Shown here piece by piece: positions 1-8,698 of a stretch of 61,565 bases of DNA. Origin of the DNA: an uncultured Ignavibacteriales bacterium (lineage in GTDB: Bacteria > Zixibacteria > MSB-5A5 > GN15 > FEB-12). How positions within the stretch are numbered: the stretch's first letter is position 1; each line of letters starts with the position of its first letter. The DNA lies in contig CAZJCK010000008.1 in NCBI GenBank assembly GCA_964544635.1, positions 1 through 61,565 of the forward strand. Direction: 5' to 3'. The position numbers and the translations under genes were made by a program. The notes below the pieces were generated by a model that had not been told where the DNA came from, searched no databases, and saw only the letters and a list, made by a program, of their open reading frames with translations.

Positions 1-534
1 GGTCAGCTCCGGTTTGAAGTCGCTGCGGATTTCACCGGTCACCACGCCGCGCTCGACGATATCGACAATATATTCTCGAAAGTGACGTGACAAGTCGATC
101 CCTTCGAGCACCACGCCGGTGTGGAGTACGCCCGACGTCACGAACAGGTAGAAACGCTGTTCGTCCTCGTGCAGGCGGCTGTTGACCACCAGCGTGTCGT
201 ACAGGTAGACCAGTCGATCCCTGGCCAGCACGGCCGATTCATGCCACTTGATCGCGGCCACTGCTCGTGCCAGGTAATTGTCGAAGATGAGCACGACCAG
301 TTCCAAAAGATGGGTTTTCGACGGAAAGTACTGGAAGAACGAACCCTTCGAGATATCCGACTCGGCGCACAACCGGTCGATCGACCAGCCGTCAAAACCG
401 TACTCGCCAAACAGGCGGACAGCGGTGCGGTAGATGCGCTCCCGCTTCTCTGGCCGGAGTCGACGGTAGGTATCGGCGACCACCCCCTGCTCGACCAGCT
501 CGACCAACAGGTTTTCATCAAGTGGCGACGGCAT
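1..534 (-). CDS. TetR/AcrR family transcriptional regulator (3' end runs off the window)
   Basis: Not in the ORF track. Manual translation from ATG at 534 (GGGAG upstream) gives MPSPLDENLL...KRERIYRTAVRLFGEYGFDGWSIDRLCAESDISKGSFFQYFPSKTHLL, a TetR-type HTH. The frame stays open to position 1. Confidence 0.88.
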   Translation of the reverse strand, partial: MPSPLDENLLVELVEQGVVADTYRRLRPEKRERIYRTAVRLFGEYGFDGWSIDRLCAESDISKGSFFQYFPSKTHLLELVVLIFDNYLARAVAAIKWHESAVLARDRLVYLYDTLVVNSRLHEDEQRFYLFVTSGVLHTGVVLEGIDLSRHFREYIVDIVERGVVTGEIRSDFKPELT

Positions 535-547
535 ACAGGCTCCCTGG

Positions 548-586
548 ATGACTAATCGGTCATAATATATATACTATTAGTATATA
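548..586. promoter_or_regulatory. Two adjacent palindromes, candidate TetR operator(s)
   Basis: ATGAC-N6-GTCAT (548-563) and perfect TATATACTA-T-TAGTATATA (568-586), both in the AT-rich divergent tetR/ino1 intergenic region. Confidence 0.5.
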
Positions 587-599
587 ACGCCATCCTTTT

Positions 600-628
600 T
601 TGCGAATACGTTTGCCCGGCGGTATAAC
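600..628 (+). promoter_or_regulatory. Candidate sigma70 promoter for ino1
   Basis: TTGCGA-N17-TATAAC upstream of the ATG at 687. Confidence 0.35.
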
Positions 629-686
629 CGCCCGATATATTGGCGCCGGATAAGATGACCTGTGAGGAAAGAAAGGAAAGGGAATT

Positions 687-1913
687 ATGTCCAGAAAAGT
701 GCGTGTCGCCATCATCGGCGTCGGCAACTGCGCCTCGTCGCTGGTGCAGGGTGTCGAGTATTACAAGAAAGCCAGGGATGAAGATTTCGTTCCGGGTCTG
801 ATGCATGTCAACCTGGGCGGCTATCACATCCGAGACATCGAGTTCTCCGCCGCCATCGATATCGACAAGAACAAGGTCGGCAAGGATCTCTCCGAGGCGA
901 TCTACACCAAGCCGAACAACACCTTCGAGTTCTGCAAAGTGCCGAAACTGGGTGTGAAGGTGCAGCGCGGTATGACCCACGACGGTTTGGGGTACTACCT
1001 GTCGCAGATTATCGAGAAGGCGCCCGGCGATACCGTCGATATCGTCAAGCTGCTCAAGGAAACCAAGACCGATGTCGTGATCAACTACCTGCCGGTCGGT
1101 TCGGAAGAAGCGACCAAGTGGTATGTCGAGCAGATTCTCGATGCCGGTTGCGGCTTTGTCAACTGCATTCCGGTTTTCATCGCCCGGGAACAGTACTGGC
1201 AGAAGCGCTTTGAAGAGAAGGGCCTGCCGGTGATCGGTGACGACATCAAGAGCCAGGTCGGCGCCACCATCGCCCACCGTGTGATGACCCGCCTGTTCCG
1301 CGACCGTGGCGTGCGCATGGAACGGACCAGCCAGCTCAACGTGGGCGGCAACACCGACTTTTTGAACATGCTCGAGCGCTCGCGCCTCGAGTCGAAGAAG
1401 ATTTCCAAGACCAGTGCCGTCACCTCGCAGCTCGACTATGATCTCGGTCCGGGCAATGTCCACATCGGACCGTCGGACTATGTCGAGTGGCTGACTGATC
1501 GCAAGTGGGCCTATATCCGGATGGAGGGGCGTACCTTCGGTGACGTGCCGTTGAATGTCGAGATGAAGCTCGAGGTGTGGGATTCGCCCAACTCGGCCGG
1601 GGTGGTGATTGATGCTGTCCGCTGCTGCAAGCTGGCCCTGGATCACGGCGTCAAGGGGGCCCTGCTGGCGCCGTCGTCATACTTCAAGAAATCACCGCCG
1701 GTGCAGTACACCGATGATGAGGCCCGGCGCTTGACCGAGGAGTTCATCGCCAGGTACGGCTGGGCGCCAGACGAGAAGCAGGCATCCGGTCGCAAGGCGG
1801 CGCGCAAGCCGGCCACCAAGCGTCCGGCGACCAAAAAGAAATCGGCCGCCAAAACGACTAAGAAGACCACGTCGAAGACCAAGACCAAGCGGGTGGTCCG
1901 TAAGAAAAAATAG
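687..1913 (+). CDS. ino1: myo-inositol-1-phosphate (inositol-3-phosphate) synthase with basic C-terminal tail
   Basis: [18 protein letters not shown] Rossmann motif, [45 protein letters not shown]; purine-rich RBS. Confidence 0.96.
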   Translation: MSRKVRVAIIGVGNCASSLVQGVEYYKKARDEDFVPGLMHVNLGGYHIRDIEFSAAIDIDKNKVGKDLSEAIYTKPNNTFEFCKVPKLGVKVQRGMTHDGLGYYLSQIIEKAPGDTVDIVKLLKETKTDVVINYLPVGSEEATKWYVEQILDAGCGFVNCIPVFIAREQYWQKRFEEKGLPVIGDDIKSQVGATIAHRVMTRLFRDRGVRMERTSQLNVGGNTDFLNMLERSRLESKKISKTSAVTSQLDYDLGPGNVHIGPSDYVEWLTDRKWAYIRMEGRTFGDVPLNVEMKLEVWDSPNSAGVVIDAVRCCKLALDHGVKGALLAPSSYFKKSPPVQYTDDEARRLTEEFIARYGWAPDEKQASGRKAARKPATKRPATKKKSAAKTTKKTTSKTKTKRVVRKKK

Positions 1914-1942
1914 TTGTTTCAAAACAACACCGGGCTGACTTT

Positions 1943-1980
1943 GAGCCGGCGATACCTGTGTCGCCGGCTCTTTTTTTTTT
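1943..1980 (+). terminator. Rho-independent terminator after ino1
   Basis: GAGCCGGCGA...TCGCCGGCTC stem followed by T10. Confidence 0.9.
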
Positions 1981-1997
1981 CGGAGAGGACGTCCCGG

Positions 1998-2651
1998 ATG
2001 CGTGAAGCAAAGAAGGCGGTCAAGCGCGGCCTGTTCATTACCTTTGAGGGGATCGACGGTTGCGGCAAGTCAACCCAGGCGTCGATACTGCACAAACGGC
2101 TGCAGGAACAGGGCTACCGTGTCAAATTGTTGCGCGAACCGGGCTCGACCCGGACCGCCGAGCGAATCCGCAAGATTCTGCTGGACAAGCGGCTCTCGGT
2201 ATCCCCCCGGGCTGAACTGTTGTTGTACGAAGCGGCCCGCGCCGAACTGACGACCAGCGAAATCCAGCCGTTGATCAAGGACGGTTGGATCGTGCTGTGT
2301 GATCGCTTTTACGACAGCACCACCGCCTACCAGGGGTACGGTCGCCAGCTCGACATCCGCATGGTACGCTCGTTGCACAAGGTGGCAGTGGGTGACCTGG
2401 TACCGGACCTGACACTGGTATTTGATGTCGACCTTGCCACTGCCGCGACCCGGCGTAAAGCCACTGCCGATCGCCTGGAATCGGCCGGCGACGCCTTCTT
2501 CAGCCGGGTGAGAAAGGGCTTTCTCGAAATCGCACGCAAGGAGCGCCGCCGGGTGAAAGTGATACCGGCCGACCGATCGGTTGACGACCTTGCCTCGGAA
2601 GTGAACAAACTGGTAGGTCGTAAGTTAAAAGGGTATGGCCGAACGAGATAA
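1998..2651 (+). CDS. tmk: Thymidylate (dTMP) kinase
   Basis: FITFEGIDGCGKST P-loop, LREPG, CDRFYDSTTAYQG. The start was moved to ATG 1998 (GAGGA upstream, downstream of the terminator). Confidence 0.95.
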   Translation: MREAKKAVKRGLFITFEGIDGCGKSTQASILHKRLQEQGYRVKLLREPGSTRTAERIRKILLDKRLSVSPRAELLLYEAARAELTTSEIQPLIKDGWIVLCDRFYDSTTAYQGYGRQLDIRMVRSLHKVAVGDLVPDLTLVFDVDLATAATRRKATADRLESAGDAFFSRVRKGFLEIARKERRRVKVIPADRSVDDLASEVNKLVGRKLKGYGRTR

Positions 2652-4215
2652 CAGCGAACGACGAACTCTCCTGACCGCCGTCACGCTGGCCGTGATAATG
2701 ATTGTCATTGCCGGCACGATGGGGATGTATGTCATTGCTGATCCCGGTCTCGAACAGGCGATACTGATGGCGCAGACGGCGCGCAAAATTCAGCAGCTCC
2801 ATCCCAGCCAGTACGATCCAAACGAACTGATCGACCAGGCCCGCCGGGCCATGTTCGACCGTCTCGATCGCTACTCCAGCTATGTCGACACCCGGGATTT
2901 CGCCCGCATGCGCGAGGAGGAGGCCGGAAGCTATTCCGGGATCGGCGTGACTGTCACCAACCATCAACTCGGTTTGCAGGTGGTGGCGGTGCGGGAGAAC
3001 GGCCCGGCCAACGAGGCCGGTATAGTGACCGGTGATGTCATCGCCGGCGCCGACTCAGTCTCTTTCCGCGGCCTCGATATTGGCGAATGCTCGAGCTATC
3101 TGCGTGGCGAGGAGGGGACGGCCGTCAACGTGCTGGTGGTGCGCGGACTGGGCTTCGATTCGCTGCGTGTCGATGTCACCCGCGGCGATATTCCGTTTGT
3201 CCATGTCACCTTTGCCGGCGTCACCCCTGATTCGCTGGCGTATATCCGACTGGTCGACTTCGATTACGGTTCCTCCGACGCCGTGAAGCAGGCCCTCGAT
3301 TCGCTGCTGACACAAAACGACACGCCCGTGCAGGGAGTGATCCTTGATGTGCGCGGCAACCCGGGTGGGCTGTTTCACGAGGCGTATCGGACGGCTGATC
3401 TGTTCCTGAAGGATGGTACGTTCATTGTCGGTCAGGATGGTCGCTCCCGCTGGGACGACCTTGAGTTTCATGCCACCGACGACGACATGACCGGCGGCCT
3501 GCCGATCGCCGTGCTGGTAGACGGTAACTCGGCATCGGCGTCGGAGATTGTCGCCGGCGCCCTTAAACATGCCGACCGCGCCATTCTCGTCGGCGATACC
3601 ACTTTCGGAAAGGGTCTGGTACAGGGGTTCGTGCACTTTCCGGATGGTGACGGTTTGCGGCTGACGATTGCACGCTATTACTTCCAGGGCGGGCATTACC
3701 TCAATCGCTTCGACTCGACCCTTGAAGAGACCGGTCGCGGCCTGGCGCCGGATTACTACTTTCGCAACTATGATGATCGGGCGTTCCCGCGCGCCCTGAA
3801 CAACTCGCTGCTGCTCGAACAGTTCGTGCAGGCCAACCTGGAACGTTTGCGGCAAGTGATCGAACAGCCGCAGCTGGATGATCGCTGGGTTGACGATGTC
3901 GCCGACTTCTGCCGCCTCAACGGCTTCCAGTACAGCTCGAATCTCACCGAACGGGTGCAGGACCTGGCGACGGTCTCGATCTTCGAGCGTCGCACCGACG
4001 GCCGGATGTACGACGTCCTTGACAGCATGCTCATTTTGGCTGACAGTCTCGACCGAAATCGCTTCCGCGACCACGGCGATTACATTAAGATGCGTCTTAA
4101 ACAAGTTGTCCGGGAACGTTTGTATGGATTCAGCAACGCTTATGAACACGTCATCATCCGCGAGGAACCGGGAATTCGCTATGCCACCGAATTGCTGCGG
4201 GGCCAGACACTGTGA
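2635..4215 (+). CDS. S41 family carboxyl-terminal processing protease (CtpA/Prc-like)
   Basis: N-terminal TM, PDZ (YSGIGV), ILDVRGNPGG, SASASEIVAG (catalytic Ser), TFGKGLVQ (catalytic Lys). Confidence 0.92.
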   Translation: MAERDNSERRTLLTAVTLAVIMIVIAGTMGMYVIADPGLEQAILMAQTARKIQQLHPSQYDPNELIDQARRAMFDRLDRYSSYVDTRDFARMREEEAGSYSGIGVTVTNHQLGLQVVAVRENGPANEAGIVTGDVIAGADSVSFRGLDIGECSSYLRGEEGTAVNVLVVRGLGFDSLRVDVTRGDIPFVHVTFAGVTPDSLAYIRLVDFDYGSSDAVKQALDSLLTQNDTPVQGVILDVRGNPGGLFHEAYRTADLFLKDGTFIVGQDGRSRWDDLEFHATDDDMTGGLPIAVLVDGNSASASEIVAGALKHADRAILVGDTTFGKGLVQGFVHFPDGDGLRLTIARYYFQGGHYLNRFDSTLEETGRGLAPDYYFRNYDDRAFPRALNNSLLLEQFVQANLERLRQVIEQPQLDDRWVDDVADFCRLNGFQYSSNLTERVQDLATVSIFERRTDGRMYDVLDSMLILADSLDRNRFRDHGDYIKMRLKQVVRERLYGFSNAYEHVIIREEPGIRYATELLRGQTL

Positions 4216-4982
4216 CTGATATCCTGCTGTTCGTCATCTGCGGCATTCTTTCCGGTCTGCTGGGCGGCTACCTCGGAATCGGCGGCGGCGTCATCACCGT
4301 ACCGTTTCTCACCATCATTCTCGGAATCGATATCGCCTACGCCGTGCCGGCGTCGGTCCTGGCCATCATCATCACCTCGTTCGCATCGTCCAATGAATAC
4401 ATCAAGAAGGGCATGGTCGATTTCGAACTGGTCGTGCTGCTGTCGGCCTTCATGGTCCTGGGCAATATTGTCGGCAGCGGTGTCAGTCCCTGGATCCCCA
4501 AGGTGTGGATTCAGCTGTTGCTTGGTATGTTGCTTGTTTACACGGCGGTGTCGCTGCTGCGCGGGCGCAAAGAGAAACCGCAACTCAGTTTTCAGGACAA
4601 CCGTGTAAAGTACATAGTCATCTGCACGCTGCTTGCATTTCTAACCGGCAGCCTGTCCGGGTTGCTCGGGATTGGCGGCGGGGCGATTCTGGTACCGCTG
4701 CTGCATCTTGTTATCGGCGTGCCGCTCACAGCCGCGCGCGGCACCTCTGCACTTATGATCGGTTCGTCCTCGGCGGCCGCTGCCGCCGTGTACTTTTTCG
4801 GCGGCATGGTCAATGTGGCGATAGCTGCACCGGTGGCCTTCGGCGCTGTGCTGGGCGGCAAGCTGGGGGGATTGGCAGGAACCGTGGCCAAGCCGCTGGC
4901 GGTCAAAGTCATCTTCTTCGTCGTCATGCTCTATCTCGCATGGAAACTCGGCAGCCCGGCGGTGCAGGAGGTGTTCGGATGA
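4212..4982 (+). CDS. Sulfite exporter TauE/SafE (TSUP) family membrane protein
   Basis: Two repeats of G-x-LGIGGG-x-I-x-VP; about 8 hydrophobic segments; GTGA overlap with the upstream gene. Confidence 0.88.
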   Translation: MTDILLFVICGILSGLLGGYLGIGGGVITVPFLTIILGIDIAYAVPASVLAIIITSFASSNEYIKKGMVDFELVVLLSAFMVLGNIVGSGVSPWIPKVWIQLLLGMLLVYTAVSLLRGRKEKPQLSFQDNRVKYIVICTLLAFLTGSLSGLLGIGGGAILVPLLHLVIGVPLTAARGTSALMIGSSSAAAAAVYFFGGMVNVAIAAPVAFGAVLGGKLGGLAGTVAKPLAVKVIFFVVMLYLAWKLGSPAVQEVFG

Positions 4983-5272
4983 GGCACACCCGCGAATTCC
5001 GTTCATCCTGGCTGATCAACCTCCAGTCTGTGAGCTGGTGGCTGTTTCTGATCGGCACCGGCGCCGTTACCCTGCTCTACCTGTTCTGGCCGGAGTACGG
5101 CGGCAAGTTCGATCTCTACCTGCTCGCCCTGATCGGCGCCGCCGCAGTGGGTCGGCTGGTCGTGATCGCCGAACTGTTTCGCATGGCCCGGCTGTATCGA
5201 TACTATGCGCTGGGCTATTTGATTGTCGTCCTGCTGCTCTCAACCATTCTGATCAAGAGGATCTGGCCGTGA
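4979..5272 (+). CDS. Small 3-TM membrane protein (97 aa), probable TSUP partner
   Basis: MRHTREFRSSWLINLQSVSWWLFLIG...; ATGA overlap with the TSUP stop and GTGA overlap with the next gene; hydrophobic. Confidence 0.7.
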   Translation: MRHTREFRSSWLINLQSVSWWLFLIGTGAVTLLYLFWPEYGGKFDLYLLALIGAAAVGRLVVIAELFRMARLYRYYALGYLIVVLLLSTILIKRIWP

Positions 5273-5940
5273 CCAAACCCCGCATCGCTGTCTTTTGCGA
5301 CTTCGACGGCACCATCTCCAGCCGTGATATCGGCTACAGTCTGTTTCATCATTTTTCAGGTGGTCAGAACGATGCTCTCCTGCCCGACTGGAAATCGGGC
5401 CGTATGACCACCCGCGACTGCCTGGTGAAAGAGGCGGAGCTGGTGACGGTATCGGAGCGGGAGGCCCACGACTTCCTCGAGCAATTTGAATTGACCGACG
5501 GCTTTGCCGATTTTGTCAAGCGTTGCCGCAGCCACGACATTCCCTTCTCGATCGTCTCCGATGGTCTCGATTTTTACATCCATTACCTGCTCGAACGGAC
5601 CGGCTGGACGGATCTTCCGGTGGTCTGCAATCATGGCGCCTTTGCCGGCAGCCGCCTGACGGTGTCGTTTCCGCGCGACAACATCGCCTGTAAACGGTGC
5701 GGCATCTGCAAGGGTGAGGTACTCGACGAATTCCGCCAAGAGCACGGCGCTGATACGGTCATGGTGTTTATTGGCGACGGTTATTCCGACGCCTGTGCCG
5801 CCCACAAGGCGGATATTCTGTTTGCAAAAAAGGATCTGGCTGAGTATTGCCGGGACAACGACATTTCCTTTACCAACTGGGACAGTTTTCACGATATTGT
5901 AAGATCATTAAACGAACGCCAACTATTGCCAAACGGCTGA
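5269..5940 (+). CDS. HAD-IB family phosphatase (MtnX-like)
   Basis: VFCDFDGTIS motif I, IVSDG, CGICKG, FIGDGYSD, LFAK; GTG start at 5269. Confidence 0.88.
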   Translation: MTKPRIAVFCDFDGTISSRDIGYSLFHHFSGGQNDALLPDWKSGRMTTRDCLVKEAELVTVSEREAHDFLEQFELTDGFADFVKRCRSHDIPFSIVSDGLDFYIHYLLERTGWTDLPVVCNHGAFAGSRLTVSFPRDNIACKRCGICKGEVLDEFRQEHGADTVMVFIGDGYSDACAAHKADILFAKKDLAEYCRDNDISFTNWDSFHDIVRSLNERQLLPNG

Positions 5941-5965
5941 CAGAGGATATGAGGAAGGTTTCCTG

Positions 5966-8467
5966 ATGAAAGCGATCATTATGGCAGGCGGCTTTGGAAC
6001 GCGCCTGCGGCCCCTGACGATTAATGTGCCCAAACCGATGGCGCCAATCTGCAATATCCCGATGATGGAACATGTCGTCGGCCTCCTCAAACGTCACGGC
6101 CTCACCGAGATCACCTCGCTTTTGTACTTTCAGCCGGAGACCATTCGCAATCACTTTGGCGACGGCAGCAAGTTCGGGATCAAGATGTCGTATGTCCTCC
6201 CCGACGAGGACTACGGCACCGCCGGCGCCGTGCGCTACGCTCTTGGCGAACCGGAAGAACCGGTGTTGATCATTTCCGGGGACCTGATTACCGATTTCAA
6301 TTTGACCAGCGCCATTCAGTGGCACAGTGATAAGCAATCGCAGGCTACCATTGTTCTCACGCGAATGGAGAACCCGCTCGCTTATGGTATCGTGATTACG
6401 GGTGATGACGGTCGGATTGTCCGTTTTCTTGAAAAGCCGTCGTGGGGCGAAGCGTTTTCCGACACGATCAATACCGGCATTTATATTCTGCAGCCGGAAG
6501 CGATCAAAATGATCCCGCCCAAAACCAATTTCGATTTCTCGCAAAACCTGTACCCGCTCATGCTTCAGCGCGAGATGGGGCTGCACGGTTGTCTGGTCGA
6601 CGGCTACTGGAAGGATGTCGGTAATGTCGACGAGTACCACCGCGCCCATATTGATTTCTTCAGCGGACGGGTCGAGATGTCGCTTAGGTATCCTGCCGCT
6701 GAGCGCGACGGCGGTGAGCTGTTTACCGGCGACGATGTTCGTATTGCCGACAACGTGAAGATCACCGGTCGGGTCGTGGTTGGCGATGAAGCCCGCATTG
6801 ACAAAGGCGCCATCCTGCACAATTGCATTATCGGTGACCGCAGCCATGTCGGCGCCGGCGCCGAACTCAAAGATACGATCGTCTGGTCCGATAGTGTCAT
6901 CGGTCGCGAAACGCGTATCAGTGGCAGTATTGTCTGCCGACAGGCCTTGGTCGGCAGCTATGTGCAGATGAACGACGGCGTGATTATTTCAGACAATGTC
7001 TCGGTTGGCGACTCCGCCACCATCAAGGCCAACTGCAAGATCTGGCCGTCCAAAACGGTTGATGCCGGCGCTATCGTGTCTTCGTCAATGGTCTGGGGAG
7101 AAAAGTGGAATCGCGAGTTGTTCACCGAGTCAAAGATCACCGGCCTGGCGCTTTCGGAGATCACGCCGGAGATGGCAGTGCGGGTATCGGCGGCGTTCGG
7201 CGCTTTTGTCGGCAAGGGTAATTCGGTGATGATCTCGCGCGATGCCTCGGATGTCTCCCGCTTGATTAAGCGCGGTCTTATCTCGGGCATGCTGGCGGCA
7301 GGTGCGAATGTCTCCGACCTGGAGTCGTTGCCGGTGCCGGCTTTGCGTTTTGGCTTGAGTCGCGGCAATTATGCGGCCGGTATCTATATCCGACATAACC
7401 CCGATGATTTCCGCCAGCTCGATCTGATATTCTTCGACGGTTCCGGCCTGGATATGCCGACCGCCAAGCTGAAGAAGGTCGAGCGGCTCTATTTTGGTGA
7501 AGACTTTGAACGGGCGACTCTCGACGATATCGGGCGGCTCGACTTGCCACAACGTGTCCTCGAGGACTACCGAACTGTCTTCCTCAATACCATCGACCGC
7601 AACATCATCAAGGCAGCCAACTTCAAAGTGGTGATTGATCACTCCAACGGTTCATCCTCGGTCATCTTCCCAACCCTGTTCTCGCAGCTGGGAATCTGGT
7701 CCACCGAAATCAACGCCAGCCTCAACCCCCGGCGCTTCTCCATCAGCCCGGAAGAAAGCGCCCGCTCGCTGGTGCAGCTTTCGACCATCGTATCGTCGCT
7801 CAATGCCGACATCGGCTTCCGCCTTAACCCGGCGGCTGAGAAGTTGACGGTGGTTGATGAGAAGGGACGCACCGTCGACGATCAGCTCCTGCTTTTGATT
7901 GTCATCAACCTTTTCCTGCGTACCCATGAGGCCCGGAAGATTGCGGTACCGGTGGCAGCCTCGATGGGCGTCGAGGAACTGGCCGAAGAACACAACGTCG
8001 AGGTGGTCCGTGTCGGCAACGATCACCTGGCCATGATGGAAATCTACCGGCGCGGCGATGTCGACTTTGTCGGCGGTACCCGTGGCGGTTTCGTCTTTCC
8101 CGGTTTTCAGACCGGCTCAGATGCCATGCTTTCCGCCGTCAAAATCCTTGAACTGATGGCGCGGACCAACACCCGGATCGGCGATCTGCGGGCGCGGTTC
8201 GAGAAGTTTGACCGGCAGTCGGTCAGCGTACCCTGCCCCTGGTCGAAAAAGGGGACGGTCATGCGCAAACTGATCACCGACTCGGCCGGCAAGGACCGTC
8301 AGCTGATCGATGGTGTCCGCGTCTTCGAAGACAACGGCTGGGTACTGGTCGCACCCGACCGCGTCAGCGCCGCCTTCAACATCCTGGCGGAATCGACCTC
8401 AGCCGACGCTACCCGTTCACTGGTTGCACATTATCGCGACTTCGTCGAGCAATCACAGCTCGATTAG
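5966..8467 (+). CDS. Mannose-1-phosphate guanylyltransferase / hexapeptide repeat / phosphomannomutase-like fusion
   Basis: MKAIIMAGGFGTRLRPLT...PKPM, GTAG, YWKDVG; left-handed beta-helix repeats; C-terminal alpha-D-phosphohexomutase-like region (LIDGVRV...GWVLVAPD). Confidence 0.9.
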   Translation: MKAIIMAGGFGTRLRPLTINVPKPMAPICNIPMMEHVVGLLKRHGLTEITSLLYFQPETIRNHFGDGSKFGIKMSYVLPDEDYGTAGAVRYALGEPEEPVLIISGDLITDFNLTSAIQWHSDKQSQATIVLTRMENPLAYGIVITGDDGRIVRFLEKPSWGEAFSDTINTGIYILQPEAIKMIPPKTNFDFSQNLYPLMLQREMGLHGCLVDGYWKDVGNVDEYHRAHIDFFSGRVEMSLRYPAAERDGGELFTGDDVRIADNVKITGRVVVGDEARIDKGAILHNCIIGDRSHVGAGAELKDTIVWSDSVIGRETRISGSIVCRQALVGSYVQMNDGVIISDNVSVGDSATIKANCKIWPSKTVDAGAIVSSSMVWGEKWNRELFTESKITGLALSEITPEMAVRVSAAFGAFVGKGNSVMISRDASDVSRLIKRGLISGMLAAGANVSDLESLPVPALRFGLSRGNYAAGIYIRHNPDDFRQLDLIFFDGSGLDMPTAKLKKVERLYFGEDFERATLDDIGRLDLPQRVLEDYRTVFLNTIDRNIIKAANFKVVIDHSNGSSSVIFPTLFSQLGIWSTEINASLNPRRFSISPEESARSLVQLSTIVSSLNADIGFRLNPAAEKLTVVDEKGRTVDDQLLLLIVINLFLRTHEARKIAVPVAASMGVEELAEEHNVEVVRVGNDHLAMMEIYRRGDVDFVGGTRGGFVFPGFQTGSDAMLSAVKILELMARTNTRIGDLRARFEKFDRQSVSVPCPWSKKGTVMRKLITDSAGKDRQLIDGVRVFEDNGWVLVAPDRVSAAFNILAESTSADATRSLVAHYRDFVEQSQLD

Positions 8468-8581
8468 GCGTCGAAGGGCTTCCGGGACGGCGTGGTCGCC
8501 ACGATGTAACGTGATGTAAGACATCCCGTTAGCGGCCAGCCGGCGCTGCCTGGCGGGCCGCCGCTCAGCTTTATCATCTTC

Positions 8582-8608
8582 TCAGGATTCCAGACTTTCG
8601 GCCGATAC
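8582..8608 (+). promoter_or_regulatory. Candidate sigma28 (FliA/WhiG-type) promoter
   Basis: TCAG-N15-GCCGATAC versus consensus TAAA-N15-GCCGATAA, 90 nt upstream of the porin start. Confidence 0.35.
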
Positions 8609-8698
8609 ACAGGCCAGGTAACTGCCTGGGCAAAAAGGGAGCGCCGGTAGCAGGGCAGAGTGTAAATGCAATACTAATACCAGAACAAGGGGGGACAA

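Noticed and set aside
121-555. 144-aa plus-strand ORF
   Set aside because: Antisense shadow of the TetR gene, which has clear HTH motifs on the minus strand.
552-1646. 364-aa minus-strand ORF
   Set aside because: Antisense to ino1, no motifs; typical of GC-rich codon bias.
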